NCBI GenBank assembly: GCA_026770705.1
Contig: JANJGN010000035.1
Span: forward strand, 12,958,001 to 13,022,000
Direction of reading: 5' to 3'
DNA from: Isurus oxyrinchus
Lineage: Eukaryota
Length of the DNA stretch: 64,000 nucleotides
Positions 26,101 to 41,100 of the stretch are shown here, piece by piece. Below the pieces are notes generated by a model. That model ran no database searches. It was not told the DNA's origin and was given only the letters and a program-made list of their open reading frames with translations. A program made the position numbers and the translations under genes. Position 1 is the stretch's first letter; each line of letters opens with the position of its first letter.

Positions 26101-29100
26101 CTGTCCAGTAGTGAGTCAGTCAGCTCCCTTTTCCTGATATGAGTGTGACTTTACCCTCTCCAGATGTGAAGGTATTTTCCTGCACAGATTTAAGTATGCC
26201 TTAACCCTGTCCAGGTCTGAGTGTGTCAGGTCCTTGTTCAGTTGTGAATGTGCATTTTGCCTACCCTGTTCTGAGTGGATCAGTTCCCGGCCCAGATTTG
26301 AGTCTGTCTTTACCCTGTCCAGATAAGTGTAGGTATTTCCCCTGTCCAGATGTGTATGTGTCTTCACCCTGTTCAGTTGTGAGTGGGTCAGTTCCCTGTC
26401 TAGGTGTGAATGTGTCTTTTCCCGGTCCAGTAGTGAGTGGGTCACTTCCCTGTCCAGATGTGAATGTGTCTTTGCTCTGCCCAGTGGTGAATGGGTCAGT
26501 TCCCTGTCCAGATGTGAATGTGTTTTTTACCTATCCAGTCGTGAGTGAGTGAGTACACTGTCCAGATTTGAACATGTCTTTACCTTGCCTGGTTGTCAGT
26601 GCGTCATTTTGCTGTTCAGATTCGAGTATGTCTTCACCTTTCTGGTTGTGGTTTATGCCAGTTCCCTGTCCAGATTTGAGCATCTATTTTCCCTAAGGAG
26701 ACCTGAGTGGATCAGATACCTGTAGAGATTTGAGTGTGACTTTCTCCTGTCCAAATGAGTATGGGTATTTTCCCTGTCCAAGTGTGAATGTGTCTTCACC
26801 CTGTCCAGTAGTGAGTGGGTCAATCCCGTGTGCAGATGTGAACGTGTCTTTGTCCTATCCAGTCTGAGTGGGTCAGTTCCCTGTCCAGATGTGAATGTGT
26901 ATTTACCCTGTCCAATTGTGTGCGGGCCAGTTCCCTGTCCAGATATGTGTGTGTCTTTCCACTGTGTAGTTGTGGGTGCGTCAGTTACTTGTCCAGATGT
27001 AAGCGTGTCTCTTTCTCTGTCCGGTTGAGAGTGGTTCAGTTCCATGCTCCGATGTGAATGTGTCTCTTCACAGACCAGCTGTGAGTGGGTCAGCTCCCTA
27101 TCCAGATGTGAGTATGTCTTTATCCTATCCAGTTGTGAGTGGGTCAGTTCCCTATCCAGATGTGTGTGCTTCTTTACCCTGTCCAGTTGTGAGTGGGTCA
27201 GTTCCCCATCCAGGTGTGAGTGTCTAGTTTTCCTGCACAAACCTGACTGGGTCAATTGCATATCCAGGTTTGAATACGTCAATCCCCTGTCCAGATGTGT
27301 GTAGGCATTTTCCCTATCCATCCCTACGCGTGTGTATTTTGCTTGTCCAGTTGTGATTGTATTATTCCCCTCTCCATATGTGATTGTGCCTTTCCCCTCT
27401 CCAGTTGTGATTGCACCAGTTCCCTATCCAGACGTGGGTGCATTTTTCGCATGCCCAATTGTGATTGGGTTAGTTCCCTGCCTAGATTGGCGTATGTCTT
27501 TAGCCTGTCCAGTTGTGAGTGGGTCAATTCCCTGTCCAGGTTTGAATACATCATTCCCCTGTCCAGACATGTGTAGGTATTTTCCCTATCCAGATGTGTG
27601 TGTGTTTTGTCTGTCCAGTTATGATTGCATCAGTTCCCCCTCCAGATGTGAGTGCGTCTTTCCCCTGTCCAGCTGTGAGTGGGTCAGTTCCCATGTCCAG
27701 GCTTGAACACGCCTTTACCTTGTCCAGTTGCGAGTGTATCATTTCACTGTCCAGATTTGAGCATGTCTTTAGCCTGTCCAGTTGTGAGCATGTCAGCTCT
27801 GTGTTTTCTAATTCTGCCAAGATTTGAGTTGTACTTTGCAGTTGAGATGTGCGTTTGTCTTTCCCCTGCCCTTGTTAAGTGGATCACTTGCCTTTTGCTT
27901 GTCCAGTTGTGACTGGGTCAGCACAGTCCAGAATTGAGTGTGTAATTTTACTCTACAAATGTATATGTGTCTTCCCCCTGTCCTGTTGTGATCTGTTTGG
28001 GTGAGCTCACTGTCCAGATTTTAACATGTATTTACCCAGCCAAGCCTTTATTTTTCCTGCCCAGATTTGAGTCTGACATTGGCCTCTCTGGTTCAGTGTG
28101 TGTCTCTCCCTTGCCCAGTTATGTGTGTGTCAGGTCGCTATCCAGATATGAGTGTGTCTTTACCCAGTCCAGTTGCGTGTAGGTCAGTTCCCTGTCCAGA
28201 TATGAGTGTGCATTCGCCCAGCCAACTCATTATTTTTCCTGTCCAGATTTGAGTATGCCCTTCCTGTGTCCATTTGCAAGTGGCCCAGGTACATATTCAG
28301 ATTTGTGTGTGTCTTTTGCCTGTCGGGTTGTGATTGGGTCAGTTCCTTATCCAGGTCTGAGTGTGTCATTGTGTTGCCTGGTTGTGAGAGCATCAATTCT
28401 CTGCCCAAATTAGCATATGTTTTTTCTCTGTCTTGTTGAGAGTGGTTCAGTTCGCTGTTCGAATTGATTGTGACTTTTCCCAGCCCAGATGTGAGTGAGT
28501 CAGTTCCCTATCCAGGTGTGAGTGTGTATTTTGCCTATCTTGTTATGATTGCATCAGTTCCCTATCCAGATGTGTGTGCCTTTATCCTGTCCGGTTGTGA
28601 GTGGGTCAGCTCCCTGTCTAGATTTGAACATGCGTTTATTCTGTCCAGTTGAGAGTGGGTCAGTTCCCTGTCCAGATGTGAGCCTGTATTTACCCTGCCT
28701 AGTTGTGACTGGATCAGTTCCCTGTCCAGATGTGAGTGTGTATTTACCCTATCCGGTTGTGAGTGGGTCAGGTCCCGATCCAGATTTCAGTGTTGTCTTT
28801 CCCTTGTGCGGTTGAAAGTGCATCAGTTATTTGTACAGATTTGAATGTGTCTTTCCTCTGTCCAGTTGACTGTGGTTCAGTTCCCTGTTCAGAATAAATG
28901 TTGCTGTCCCCAGGTCAGATGTGAGTGGGTCAGTTCCCTGTACACAGTTGTATGTACATTTAATCTGTCCAGTTGTGAATGCTCCAGTTCCCTGACCTGA
29001 TATAAATGTGTCTTTTCCCTGTCCACTTTTGAGTGTTCAGTAGCTGATCCAGACTTGTGTGTGTCTTTACCCTGTACAAATGTGAGTGGGTCAGTTCCCT

Positions 29101-32100
29101 GTCCAGATTTGTGTGTCTGTTCCCTGTCCAGTACTGTTTTGGTCAGTTCCTTGTCCTGATATGAGTGTGCTTTTACCCTGCCCAGATGTGAAGGTATTTT
29201 CCCTGTCCAGATTTGAGTGTGTCTTTACCCAGTCCAGTTCTAAGGGTGTCAGGTCCTTGTACAGATGTGGGTGAGCCTTTGACCTGCCCTGTTCTGAGTG
29301 GGTCAGTTTACTGTCCAGATTTGAGTGTGTCTTTACCCTGCCCAGATGAGTGTAGGTATTTTGCCGGTCCACGTGTGAATGTGTCTTCACCTTGTCCAGA
29401 TGTGAGTGTGTCTTTCTACTGTGTAGTTGCAAGTGGTTCAGTTTCCTGTCCATATATGAATGTGCCTTTACCCTGTCCAGTTGTCAATGGGGCAGTTCCC
29501 TATCCAGATGTATGTGTATTTACCCTGTCCGGTTGAGAGTAGGTCAGTTCCCTATCCAAGTTTGAGTGCTGCCTTTCCCCTGTGCACTTACAAGTGCGTC
29601 AATAACTTGTACAGAGTTGACTGTGTCTTTCCTCTGTCCAGTAGAGAGTGGTTCAGTTCCCTGTTCAGATATGAATGCATCTGTCCCCAGTCCTATTGTG
29701 AATGGGTCAGTTCCCTGTCCACAGTTGTATGTACATTTACCCTGTCCAGTTGTGAATGCTCGGGTTACCTGACCTGATTTAAATGTGTCTTTTCCCTGTC
29801 CAGATGTGAGTGTCCAATAGCTGATCCAGACTTGTGTGTGATTTACACTGCACAAATGTGAGTGGTTCAGTTCTCTGTCCAGATTTGTGAGTCTTCCCCC
29901 TGTCCAGTAGTCAGTGGGTCAGTTCCCTGTCCAGCTGTGAGTGTGTCTTTCCACTGTCCTCTTGCGAGTGAGTCAGTTCCCTGTTCCTACATGAATGTGT
30001 CTTTCCCCAGCCCAGATGTGAGTGGGTCAGTACCCTATCCAGGAGTGAGTGGGTCAGTTCCCTATCCAGGTGTGAGTGGGTCAGTTCCCTATCCAGATAT
30101 GGGTGTGTCTTTCCTCTGTCCAGTTGTGAGTGGGTCAGCTCTCTGTCCAGATTTGATTGTCTATTTCCCTGCACAGGTGTGAGTGGTTCAGTTACCTGTA
30201 CACACTTAGTTATGTCTTCCCCCTGTCCAGGCATTTGTAGTTTTCTCCCCCTATCCAGATGTGAGTGTGCCTTTTGCCTGTCCAGTTATGATTGCATCAG
30301 TTCCCTATCCAGATGTGGTTGCATCTTTACTCTGTCCAGTTGTGTGGGTCAGTGCCCTATGCAGATGTGAGTGTGTCCTTACTTTGTCCAATTGTGTGAG
30401 TAAGTTCCCTCTCCAGATGTGTGTATTTACTCTCTTCGGTTGTGTGGGTCTGTTCCCTATCCAGATGTATGTGTACTTACCCTGTCCAGTAGTGAGTGGG
30501 TCCATTCCTTTTCCTTTATGAGTGCATCTTTACCCTGTCCAGATGTGAATGTGTCTTCATCCTGTCCAGTTGCAAGTGGGCCAGTTCTCTGTCAAGATGT
30601 GTGTGCCTTTCCTCTATCCTGTTGAGAGTGGTTCAGTTCTGTGTTCCGATGTGAGTATATCTTTTCCCTGTCTGGTTGTGTGTAGGTCCGTTCCCTGTCC
30701 AGGTTTGAGTGTGCCTTTACCCTTGGCAATGTTGAGTGCGTCAGTTCCCTGTCCAGATCTGAGTGTGTCTTTGCACTGTCCTGTTGAGAGTGAGTCAGTT
30801 TCCTGTTCCGATGTGAATGTGTCTTCATCCTGTCCAGTTGCAAGTGGGCCAGTTCTCTGTCAAGATGTGTGTGCCTTTCCTCTATCCTGTTGAGAGTGAG
30901 TCAGTTTCCTGTTCCAATGTGAATGTGTCTTTCCCCTGCCCAGGTGTCAGTTGGTCAGTTGCCTCTTCACTGTTGTATGAACATTTAGCCTGTCCAGTTG
31001 TGAGTGAGGTAGTACTCTATCCAGATTTGAGTGTGGCTTTACACTCTCCATTTGTGAGTGGGCCAGTCCCTGTCCAGATCTGAGTTTGACTTTACCCTGT
31101 CCAATTGTGAACGTTCAATTTTGCTGTCCAGGTTTGAGTGTGTATTTCCCAAGTCCTGTTCTAAGGGTGTCAGTTCCCTGTCCAGATGTGAGTGTGTCTT
31201 TTCTCTGTCCTGCTCAGAGTGGTTCAGTCCCCTGTTCCGCTATAAATGTGTCTGTCCCCTGCCCAGATGTTAGTGGGTCATCTACCTGTTCACAGTTGTA
31301 TGTACATTTACCCTGTCCAGTTGTGAGTGACTCAGCTCTCTGTCGAGAGTTGAGTGTTTCATCACGTTACCTGGTTTTGAGTGAGACAGTGCGCTGTCCA
31401 GGTTTGAGTGTGTCTTTACCCTGTCCGGTTGTGAATTCTCCAGTTTCCTGTCCAGATCTGAATGTGCTTTTTCCTGACCGGTTGCGAATGTGTTGGGTCC
31501 TTGTGCAGATTTGTATGCCTTTTGTTGGTCCTGTTGTGGGTGATTCAGTTCCCTGTCCAGATTTGTGTGTAACTTTAGCCTGTCCAGTTGTGAATGATCC
31601 GTTTTGCTTTCCAGGTTTGAGGGCATCTGTCCCAAATCCTGTTCTGAGTGCTTCAGTTCCCTGTCCAGATTTGAGTGCGTGTTCACCCACCCAAGTCTGT
31701 ATTTTTCTTGTCCAGAATTTTTCCTGTGTCCATTTGGGAGTGGCCCAGTTACCTGTCCAGATTTGAGTGTGTCAGTTGCCTGTCGGGTTCAGAGTGTGTC
31801 TTTCCCCTGTCCATTTGTGAATGGGTCAGTTCCATGTACAGGTTTGCACACGTCTTTACCTTGCCCAGTTGTGAGTGCATCATTTCACTGTCCAGTTTTG
31901 AGCGTGTCTTTAGCCTGTCCGGTTGTGAGTACATCAGCTCCCTGTCCAGATTTGAGTCTCTATTTTCCCTGTGGAAACATGAGTGTGTCAGTTCCCTGTT
32001 TAGGTGGGAACCTGTCTTTTCCCTGTACAGATATGCATAGGTGTTTTTCCCTGTCCAGATGTGAATGTGTCTTTACGTTGTCCAGCTGTGTGCGTCTTCC

Positions 32101-35100
32101 CCATGTCTGGCTCTGAGTGCTCCAGTTCCCTGTCCAGCTTTGGGTGCATAATTAATTTGTTTGGATGAGAGTATTCCTATTTCCTGTGCAGAATTGAATG
32201 TTTCCTTATTGTCGAAGATTTGAGTGCTTTGCTGTTGAGATGTGTGTTTGTCTTTTCCAAGCCCTGTTCTCAGTGGGTCAGTTCCCTGTCCATATTTGAG
32301 TCTTGCCTTTCCCCTGTGTAGTTGTGAGTGTATTAGTTACTGGTACAGATTTGAGTGTGTCATTCCTGTGTCCTGTTGAGTATTTCAGTTTTCTGTTTCA
32401 CTTTGAATGTGTCCTTTTCCATCTTCTTAGCCCAGATATGAGTGGGTCAGTTGCCTGTCCACAGTTGTATGTACATTCACGCTGCCCAGTTGTGAATGCT
32501 AAGATTTCCTGACCTGATTTGACTGCATTTTTCCCCTGTCCAGTTGTGAACGCCCAATAGCCAATCCAGTGTTTATTATGTTTTAACCCTATACAAATGT
32601 GAGTGCGTGAGTTCCTTGTTCAGACTTGTCTGTGTCTTTCCCCTGTCCAGTCTTGAATGCTCTTGTCCCCTGCCCAGATGTGAGTGGGTCAGTTACCTGT
32701 TCACGGTTGTATGTACATTTACCCTGTCTAGTTGTGAGTGACTCAGCTCTCTGTCGAGAGTTGATTCTTTCATCATATTGCCTGGTTGTGAGTGGGCCAG
32801 TCCCTGTCCAGATTTGAGTGTGGCTTCACCCTGTACAGTTGTGAATGCTCCAGTTTCCTGTCCAGTTCTGAATGTGCTTTTTCCTGACCGGTTGCGAATG
32901 TGTTAGGTCCTTGTGCAGATTTGTATTTATTTAGTTGGTCCTGTTGTGAGTGAATCAGTTCCCTGTCCAGATTTGTGTGTAACTTTAGCCTGTCCAGTTG
33001 TGAATGCTCCATTTTGCTTTCCAGGTTTGAGTGTGTCTTTCCCAAATCTTGTTCTGAGTGCTTCAGTTCCCTGTCCAGATTTGACTGCCCAGCAGCTGAT
33101 CCAGTCTTGATTGTATCTGACCACAATACAAATATGAGGGCGTCAGTTCCCTGTCCAGATTAGAGTGTGTCTCCCTCCTGTCCGGTTGTGATTGGGTCAA
33201 TCCCCTATCTAGGTGTGAGTTTGTCTTTACCCTTGTTCAGTTGTGAGTGGGCCAGTTCTCTGTCTAAGTATGAGTGGATCAGTTCCCTGTCTAGATGCGA
33301 GTGTTGTCTTCCCACCACCCTGTTGAGAGTGTTTCCATTCCCTGTTCCAATGTGAGTGTATCTTTTCACTGTCCTGTTCAGAGTGGTTTAGTTCCCTGTT
33401 CCGATATGAAAGTGTCTTTCTCCTGTCCGGTTGTGATTGTGTCAGTTCCCTATCCAGGTGTGAATGTGTCTTTCCCCTATCCAGTTGTCAGTGGGTCAGA
33501 TCCCTTTCCAGGTTTGTGTGTGTTTTAACCTGCCCATTTGTGAGTATATCAGCTCTCTGTCCAGATATGAGTGTCTAGTTTCTCCGGCAGATGTGAATGG
33601 GTCAGTTCCCTGTCCACAGTTTGATACATCTTTCTCCTGTCCAGACGTGTGTAGGTATTTTCCTGATTCAGATGTGACTGTGTCTTTTGCCTGCCCAGAT
33701 ATGATTGCATCAGCTTCCTATCCAGATGTGTGTGTCTTTTCCCTGTCCCGTTGTGAGCCAGTTCCCTGTCCAGATGTGAGTGCATCTTTACTCTGTGCAG
33801 TTGTGAGTTGGTCAGGTTCCTGGCCAGTTTTGAGTGTTGCCTTTTCCCTGTGTATTTGTGAGTCCATCAGTCCCTTGTACAGATTTAAGTGTGACTTTCC
33901 CCTGTCATGCCAAGATTTTTTCTGTTCCCTGTTCTGAAATGAATGTGCCTTTTTTCCATTACACCAGCCCAGTTGTGAATGGGTCAGTTACCTGTTCATA
34001 GTTGTATGTACATTTACACTGTCCAGTTGTGAATGCTCCAGTTCCATTACTTCATTTGAGTGTGTCTTTCATCTGTCCAGTTGTGTGTGTCCAGTAGCTG
34101 ATCCAGACTTGAGTGTGTCTTGACCCTATCCAAATATGAGGACATCAGTTCCTTGTTCAGATTTGAGTATGTCTTTCCCCTGTCCAGTTGTGGATGCTCC
34201 CATTCCCTCTCCAGATATGCTTTTGCCTTCACTCTGTCCAGATTTGAGTATGTAATTTTACTCAATGGATATATGTTTCTTTTTTCCTCCTCTGATCTGA
34301 TTGCGTGAGCTCACAGTCCAGAATTAAATGTGTATTTACCCAGCCAAGTCTGTATGTTTCCTGTCCGGATTTGAGTGTGTCTTTGGCCTCTCTGGTTCAG
34401 AGTAGTTCAGGCTGTGTCTCTCCCCTGTCCAGTTAGGTGTGTGTCAGGTCCCTACCCAGGTTGGAGTGTGTATTCACCCAGTCCGATTGTGAGTGGGTCA
34501 GTTACCTGCCCACTTCAGAGGGTGTCATTACCTGCCCAGTTACGAGTCTGTCAGTAATCTGTCCAGATTTGAGTGTGCCTTCTGCCTGTCCGCCTGTGAG
34601 TTGTTTAGCACTGTGTCCAGGTTTGAGTGTACCTTTACCCAGCCCTCTTCTGAGTATGTCAGTTCCCTGTCCAGGATTTATGTGTGACTGTCCCCTGTCG
34701 AGTTCTGAGTGTCCAGTAACTGGTGTAGATCTCTGCGTGTCTTTACTCTGTCCAGTTGTCAGTGAATCAGCTCTCTGACTAGATTTGAGTGTTTCATCAC
34801 GTAGCCTGGTTGTGAGTGAGTTAGCTCCCTGTCCAGATTTGAGTGCGCTTTCAGCCTGTCCTGTTGTGCATGGGCCTGTCCCCTGTCCAGATATGAACGG
34901 GCCTTTTCCCTGTCCATATGTGTGTTGGTATTATTCCTGACGAGATTTGTGTGTGCCTATATTCTGCCGAGTTGTGAGTGCATGAGGTCCCTGTCCAGAT
35001 TTGAGTGTGTCTTTCTCCTGTCCGGTTGTGAACATTCTGGTTCCCTGTCCAGATTTTGACGTGCCTTAAATTTCTCCAGTTTTGGGTTAGTTACGTGATC

Positions 35101-38100
35101 AGGTACGACTGTGCAAATGTGAGTGGATCAGATCCCTGTCCAGATATGGATGTGCCTTTATCCTTTCCAGTTTTGTGAAGGTATCATGCTGTCCGGATTG
35201 GAGTGTGTCTTTACCCAGCCCAGTTGTGTGTGGGTCAGTTCCCTATCCAGATATGAGTGTGCATTCATCCAGCCAACTCAAGATTTATCCTGTCCAGATT
35301 TGAGTATGCCCTTCCTGTGTTCATTTGCGAGTGGCCCAGTTACCTATACAGATTTGAATGTGTCTTTTGCCTGTCTGGTTGTGAGTGGGCCAGTTCCCTG
35401 TCCAGATCTGTGTGTGTCATTACGTTACCTGGTCATGAGAGCATCAGTTCCCTGCCCGTGTGCCTTTCCTCTGTCAAGTTGTGAGTGGGTCAGTTATCCC
35501 TGTGGCTATTATCCCTGTCTGGAGCATTTGTCCTGTCCAGTTGTGTATGCTCCGGTTGCCTATCCAGGTCAGAATGCATCTTTACCCTGTCCAAATGTGA
35601 GTGGATCAGATCCCTGTCCAGATATGGATGTGCCTTTACCTTTTCCAGTTTTGAGTGCATAATTTCACTGTCCAGAATTGAGTGTGCCTTTAGCACGTCC
35701 GGTTGTGAGTGGGTCAGTTCCCTATCCGGATTTATGTGTGTCTTTCCCTTGTCCAGTCATGAGTAGTTCTGGTCCCTTTCCAGATATGAGTGTGCCTCTA
35801 CCCTCTCCACTTGGGAATGTCCAGTTCCCAGCCCAGGCTTGGTAGCCTTTACCTTGTCCAGTTGTGGGTATTTCAGCTCCCTGTCAGGATTTGTGTGTGT
35901 ATTTTTTTCCTGCCTAGATTTGAATGCTTCAGTTCCTTGTCTTAACATGAGTGTGCGTTTACCCCGTTGGGTTGTGAGTGTCTGGTACCTGCTCCAAAAC
36001 TTGAGTGTGCCCTTACCCTATCCAAATGTGTGGGCCAATGTCCTGGCCAGATTTCCAAGCCCAGTTGAAAGTGCCTCAAGTTATTGTACAAATTGGAATG
36101 TTTATTTACCCTGCCAATTGCTAGTGTGTCCATTCCATGTACAGATTTGTGTGTGCCTTTACCTTGCCTATTTGTGAGTGCCCCAGTTCCTTGTCCAGAT
36201 TTGAGTGTGTTTACCTCCCCAGTTTTGAGTGTGTCAATTCTCTATCCAGCCTTGAATGTGTCTTTACCAAGAACAGTTGTGAACAGGTTAGTCCTATGCC
36301 CAGATTTGAGTCTATAACCTGCCCCATTCTGATTGGCTGAGTTCCCTAACCAGATGTGAGTGCGTCTTTCCCCAATCATGTTGTCAGTGCCCTGTACCTG
36401 GCCCTGACTTGAGTGTGTGCCCTTATCCTATCCAAAAGCGAGTGGGTCAGTTCCATGTCAGGACTTAAATTTGCATTTACCCACCCCAGTTGTGAGTCTG
36501 TCAGGTTCTTGTACAGCTGTAACTGTGTGTTCGCCCTCTCCAGGTGTGAGTCTCTATATTGCCAGTCCAAATTTGAGAGTGCAATTACCCTGCTCATTGT
36601 TAATGACCCAGTTCCCTGTCCAGATTTGAATATGTCATTAAACTACTCAGTTGAGTGTGTCAGTTCCCAGTCCAGATTTTTTGTGTCTTCCCCCTGTCCA
36701 TATATGTGTGTGTTTTCCCTGTCCAGTAGTGAGTGGGTCAGTTCTTTTTCCAGGTATGAGTGTGCTTTTACCCTGTCCAGAAGTGAAGGTATTTTCCCAA
36801 TGCAGATGTGAGTGTGTCTTTACCCTGTCCATTTGTGAGTGGGTCATTTACCAATCCAGATGTGAGTGTGTAATTACCCTGTCCAGGTGAGAGTATTCCT
36901 CTCCAGAATTAAGTGTTTCCTTATTCTCCAAGATTTGAGTGCAGACTTTTGCTGTTGAGATGTGTGTTTGTCTTTCCCAAGCCCTGTTCTGAGCAGGTCA
37001 TTTACCTGTCCAACATTGTATGTACATTTACTCTGTCCAGTTGTGAATGCTCCAGTTCCCTGTTCTGATCTGAGTATGCCTTTTCCCCTGTTCAGTTATG
37101 AGTGTCCAGTAGCTGATCCAGACTTGAATGTGTCTTTACCCTGTACAAATGTGAGTGGGTCAGTTCCCTGTCCAGGTTAGGGTGCGACTTTCCTCTGCAG
37201 AGTTCTGATTGTCCAGTACCCGGTGTAGACTTGAATGTGTCTTTCCTCTGTCCTGTTGAGAGTGGGTCAGTTCCATGTTCTTATATGAATGTTTCTTTTC
37301 CCTGTCCAGATTTGTGTGTCCTTCCACTGTCCAGTGGAGTGGGTCAATTCCCTGTCCAGATATGAGTGTGCTTTTACCCTGTCCAGATGTTAAAGTGTTT
37401 TCCCTGTACAGATTTGACTGTGCCTTTACCTAGTCCAGGTCTGCGCGCACCAGGCCCTTGTACAGATGTGTCTGCCATTTGCCTGTCCTCAGAGGGTCAG
37501 CTCCCTGTCCAAATTGCGTGCATCTTTTCCCTGTCAAGTTGTGAGTGGGTAAGTTCCCTAACCAGGTATGAATATGCATTTACCCTGTCCAGCTGTGAGT
37601 AGGTCAGTTCCCCTTCCACATGTGTGTGTCTTTGTCCTGTCCAGTTGTGATTGGATCATTACCCTGTGTAGTTGCGAGTGAATCAGTTGCTTGTTTAGGT
37701 TTCAGTGTGTCTTTCCTCTGTCCAGTTGTGAGTACATCAGCTCTCTGTCAGGATCTGAGTGTGTATTTTTCCTGCCCAGATTTAAAAGCTTCAGTTCTTT
37801 GTCTTAATATGAGCGTGCCTTTCCTCTTTTGTGTTGCGTGCCCACTACCTGCTCCAACCCTGAGCGTGCCCTTACCCTGGCTAAATGTGTGGGTCAATGC
37901 CCTGGCCAGATTTCTATATGTGTGTTTACCTTTCCCTGCTTTGAGTGTGTCATTTCGCTGTCCAGATTTGAGTGTGTCTTTACCCTGTCCGGTTGTGAAT
38001 GCTCCAGTTTCCTGTCCAGATCTGAATGTGCTTTTTCCTGACTGGTTGCGAATGTGTCAGGTCCTTGTGCAGATTTGTATGTGTCATTTGCCTGCCCTGT

Positions 38101-41100
38101 TGTGAGTGGATTAGCTCCCTCTCCAGATTTGTCTGTGACTTGATCCTGTCCAGTTGTGGATGCTCCATTTTACTGTCCAAAATTTTGTTGGGTCTGTCCC
38201 AAATCCTGTTCTGAGTGTGTCAGTTCCCTGTCCAGATTTGAGAATGCATTCACCCAGCCAAGTCTGTATTTTTCTTGTCCAGATGTCGGTGTTGTCCTGT
38301 CTATGTCCATTTGGGAGTGGTCCAGTTACCTATCCAGGTTTGAATGTGCCATTTGACTGACAGGTTCAGAGTGTGTCCTTCCCATGTCCATTTCTGAGCA
38401 GATCAGTTCCATGCCCCGATTTGAACACATCTTTATCTTGCCCAGGTGTGAGTGCATCATTTCGCTGTTCAGATTTGTCCGTGTCTTTAGCCCATCCGGT
38501 TGTGAGTATGTCAGCTCCCTGTCCAGATTTGAATGACTAGCTTCCCTGCGCAAACATGAGTTGTTCAGTTACCTGTTCAGGTGAGAACCTGTCTTTCCCT
38601 TGTCAAGAATGTATGTAGGTGTTTTCCCTGTGCAGATTTGAAAGCGTCTTTACCCTGTCCAGGTGTGAGTGGGTCAGTTCCCTATCCAGGTGTGAGTGCG
38701 TCTTTATCCTGTCCAGGTGTGACTGGGTCAGTTCCCTATCCAGATGTGAGTGTGTCTTTACCCAGCCCAGTTATGTGTGGGCCAGTTCACTGTCCAGATT
38801 CGAGTGCTGTCTTTACTCTCTGTAGTTGCAAGTGCATGAGTTACTTGTACAGGTGTGAGTGTGTATTTCCTCTGTCCTGTTGTGAGTGGGTCAGTTCCCT
38901 GTCAAGATTTGAGTGTGTACTTTTGCTCTCTGGCTGAGAGTATTCCTGCTTCTGTCCAGAATTGGCTGTGTCCTTATTCTTCCAAGATTTGAGTATGGAC
39001 TTTTGCTGTCGCAATGTGTGTTTGTCTTTTCTCTGTTCAATATTGAGTGGGTCAGTTCCCTGCCCAGGTTTGAGTGTGTAATTATCCTGTCTGTGTTAGA
39101 ATAATTCTGTTTCCTGTCCATAACTGAGTGTTTCCTTATTCTCCAAGATTTGAGTGCATACTTTTGCAGTCGAAACGTGTGTTTGTTTTTCCCAAGCCCT
39201 GTTCTGAATGGATCAGTTCCCTATCCAGATTTGAGTGCTGTCTTTCCCCTGTGTGGGTTGGGAGTGTTTCAGTTCCTTATACAAATGTGAGTGTGTCTTT
39301 CCTGTGTTCTGTTAGGAGTGGTTCAGTTCCCTGTTCCTACGTGAATCTGCCTTTTCTCAGCCCAGATGTAAGTGGGTCAGTTACCTGTCCACAGTTGTAT
39401 GTACATTTGCCCTGTCCATTTTTGAATGTTCCGGTTTCCTGCCCTGATATAAATGTGTCTTTCCCCTGTCCAGGTGTGAGCATCCAGAGGCTGATCCAAA
39501 CTTGTGTGTGTTCTTACTCTGAATAAATGTGAGTAGTTCAGTTCCTTATTCAGATTTGGGTATGACTTTGCCCTGTCCAGTTGTGAATGTTCCAGTTCCC
39601 TGTCCAGATATGCCTGTGCATTTATCCTGTGCAGTTGTGAATGCTCCTGTTCCCTCTCCAGATGTCAGTGCATCTTTATCCTGTCCAGTTGTGAGCGAGT
39701 CAGTTCCCTGTCCAGATTTGTGTCCCTTTAGCCTGTCCGGTTGTGAGTACGTCAGCTCACTGTCCAGGTTTAAGTGTCTATTTTCCCTGCGGAAACGTGA
39801 GTGTGTCAGTTACCTGTTCAGATGGGAACGTGTCTTTCACTTATCCAGATGTGCGTAGGTATTTTCTCCATCCAGATGTGAGTGTCTTTACCCTGTCAAG
39901 TTATGAGTAGGTCAGTTCCCTGTCCAGATTTGAATGTTGCCTTTACCCTGTTTCATTGTGAGTGTGTCAGTTTTTGTACAGATGTGAATGTGTCTTTCCT
40001 CTGTCCTGTTGAAAGTGGTTTATTTCCCTGTTCCGATATGAATGCATCTTTCCCCAGTCCAGATGCAAGTGGGTCAGTTACTTGTCCACAATTGTATGTA
40101 CATTTACCTTGTCCAGATGTGGATGCTCCAGTTCCCTAACCAGATTTGAGTGTGTCTTTCCCCCTTCCAGTCGTGAGTGGGTCAGTTCCCTGACCAGACT
40201 GGAGTATGCCTTTTCCCTTCCCAGATGTGAGTGGGTCAGTTCCCTGTCCAGGTTTGAACACGCCTTTACCTTGCCCAGTTGTGGCTGCATCATTTCACTG
40301 TCTAGATCTGTGTGTGTCTTTAGCCTGTCCAGTTGCGAGTACATCAGCTCCCTGTCCAAATTTGAGTGTCTATTTTCAAAACATAAGCGAATGCAAAAAC
40401 ATAAGTGGGTCAATTACCTGTCCAGATGTGAACGTGCCTTTCCCCTGTCCGGATGTGCCTGGGCCAGTTCCCTGTCCTGATTTGGGTGTGTATTTTCACT
40501 ACTCAGACATGAGTGGGTCAATTCCTGTCCAGGTTTTTCTGTGCATTTACCCTGTCCAGTTTGTATGCTACTGATTCCTATCCAGATTTGAATGTGTCTT
40601 TACCCTGTCCAAATGTGAGGGGTCAGTTCCCTGTCCAGATTTGGGTTTGTATTTCCCCTGTCCAGTTGTGAATGCTCCAATTCACTGTCCAGATTTGGGT
40701 GTGACTTTCCTCTATTGAGCTCTGAGTGCCCAGTATCCAGTATAGATTTCTGCGTAACTTAACCCTTTCCAATCGTGAGAGACTCGGCTCTCTGACTAGA
40801 TTTGAGTGTTTCATCATGTTTCCTGGTTGTGAGTGAGTCAGTTCCCTGTCCAGATTTGAGTGTGGCTTTATGCTGTCCAGATGTGCATGGGCCAGTCCTT
40901 TTCCCTGTCCAGATGTGAGCTGGTATTATTCCTGTCAAGATTTGCATGTACCTTTACCCTGTCCAGCTGTGAGTGCATAAGGCCCCAGTCCAGGTCTGAG
41001 TGTGCCTTTTGCCTGTCTGGTTTAGAGTGGGTCGGTTCCTTTAGTCCTGAGTTCAGAGTGGGTCAGTTCCCTGTCCAGGTACATATGTGACTTTACCCAT

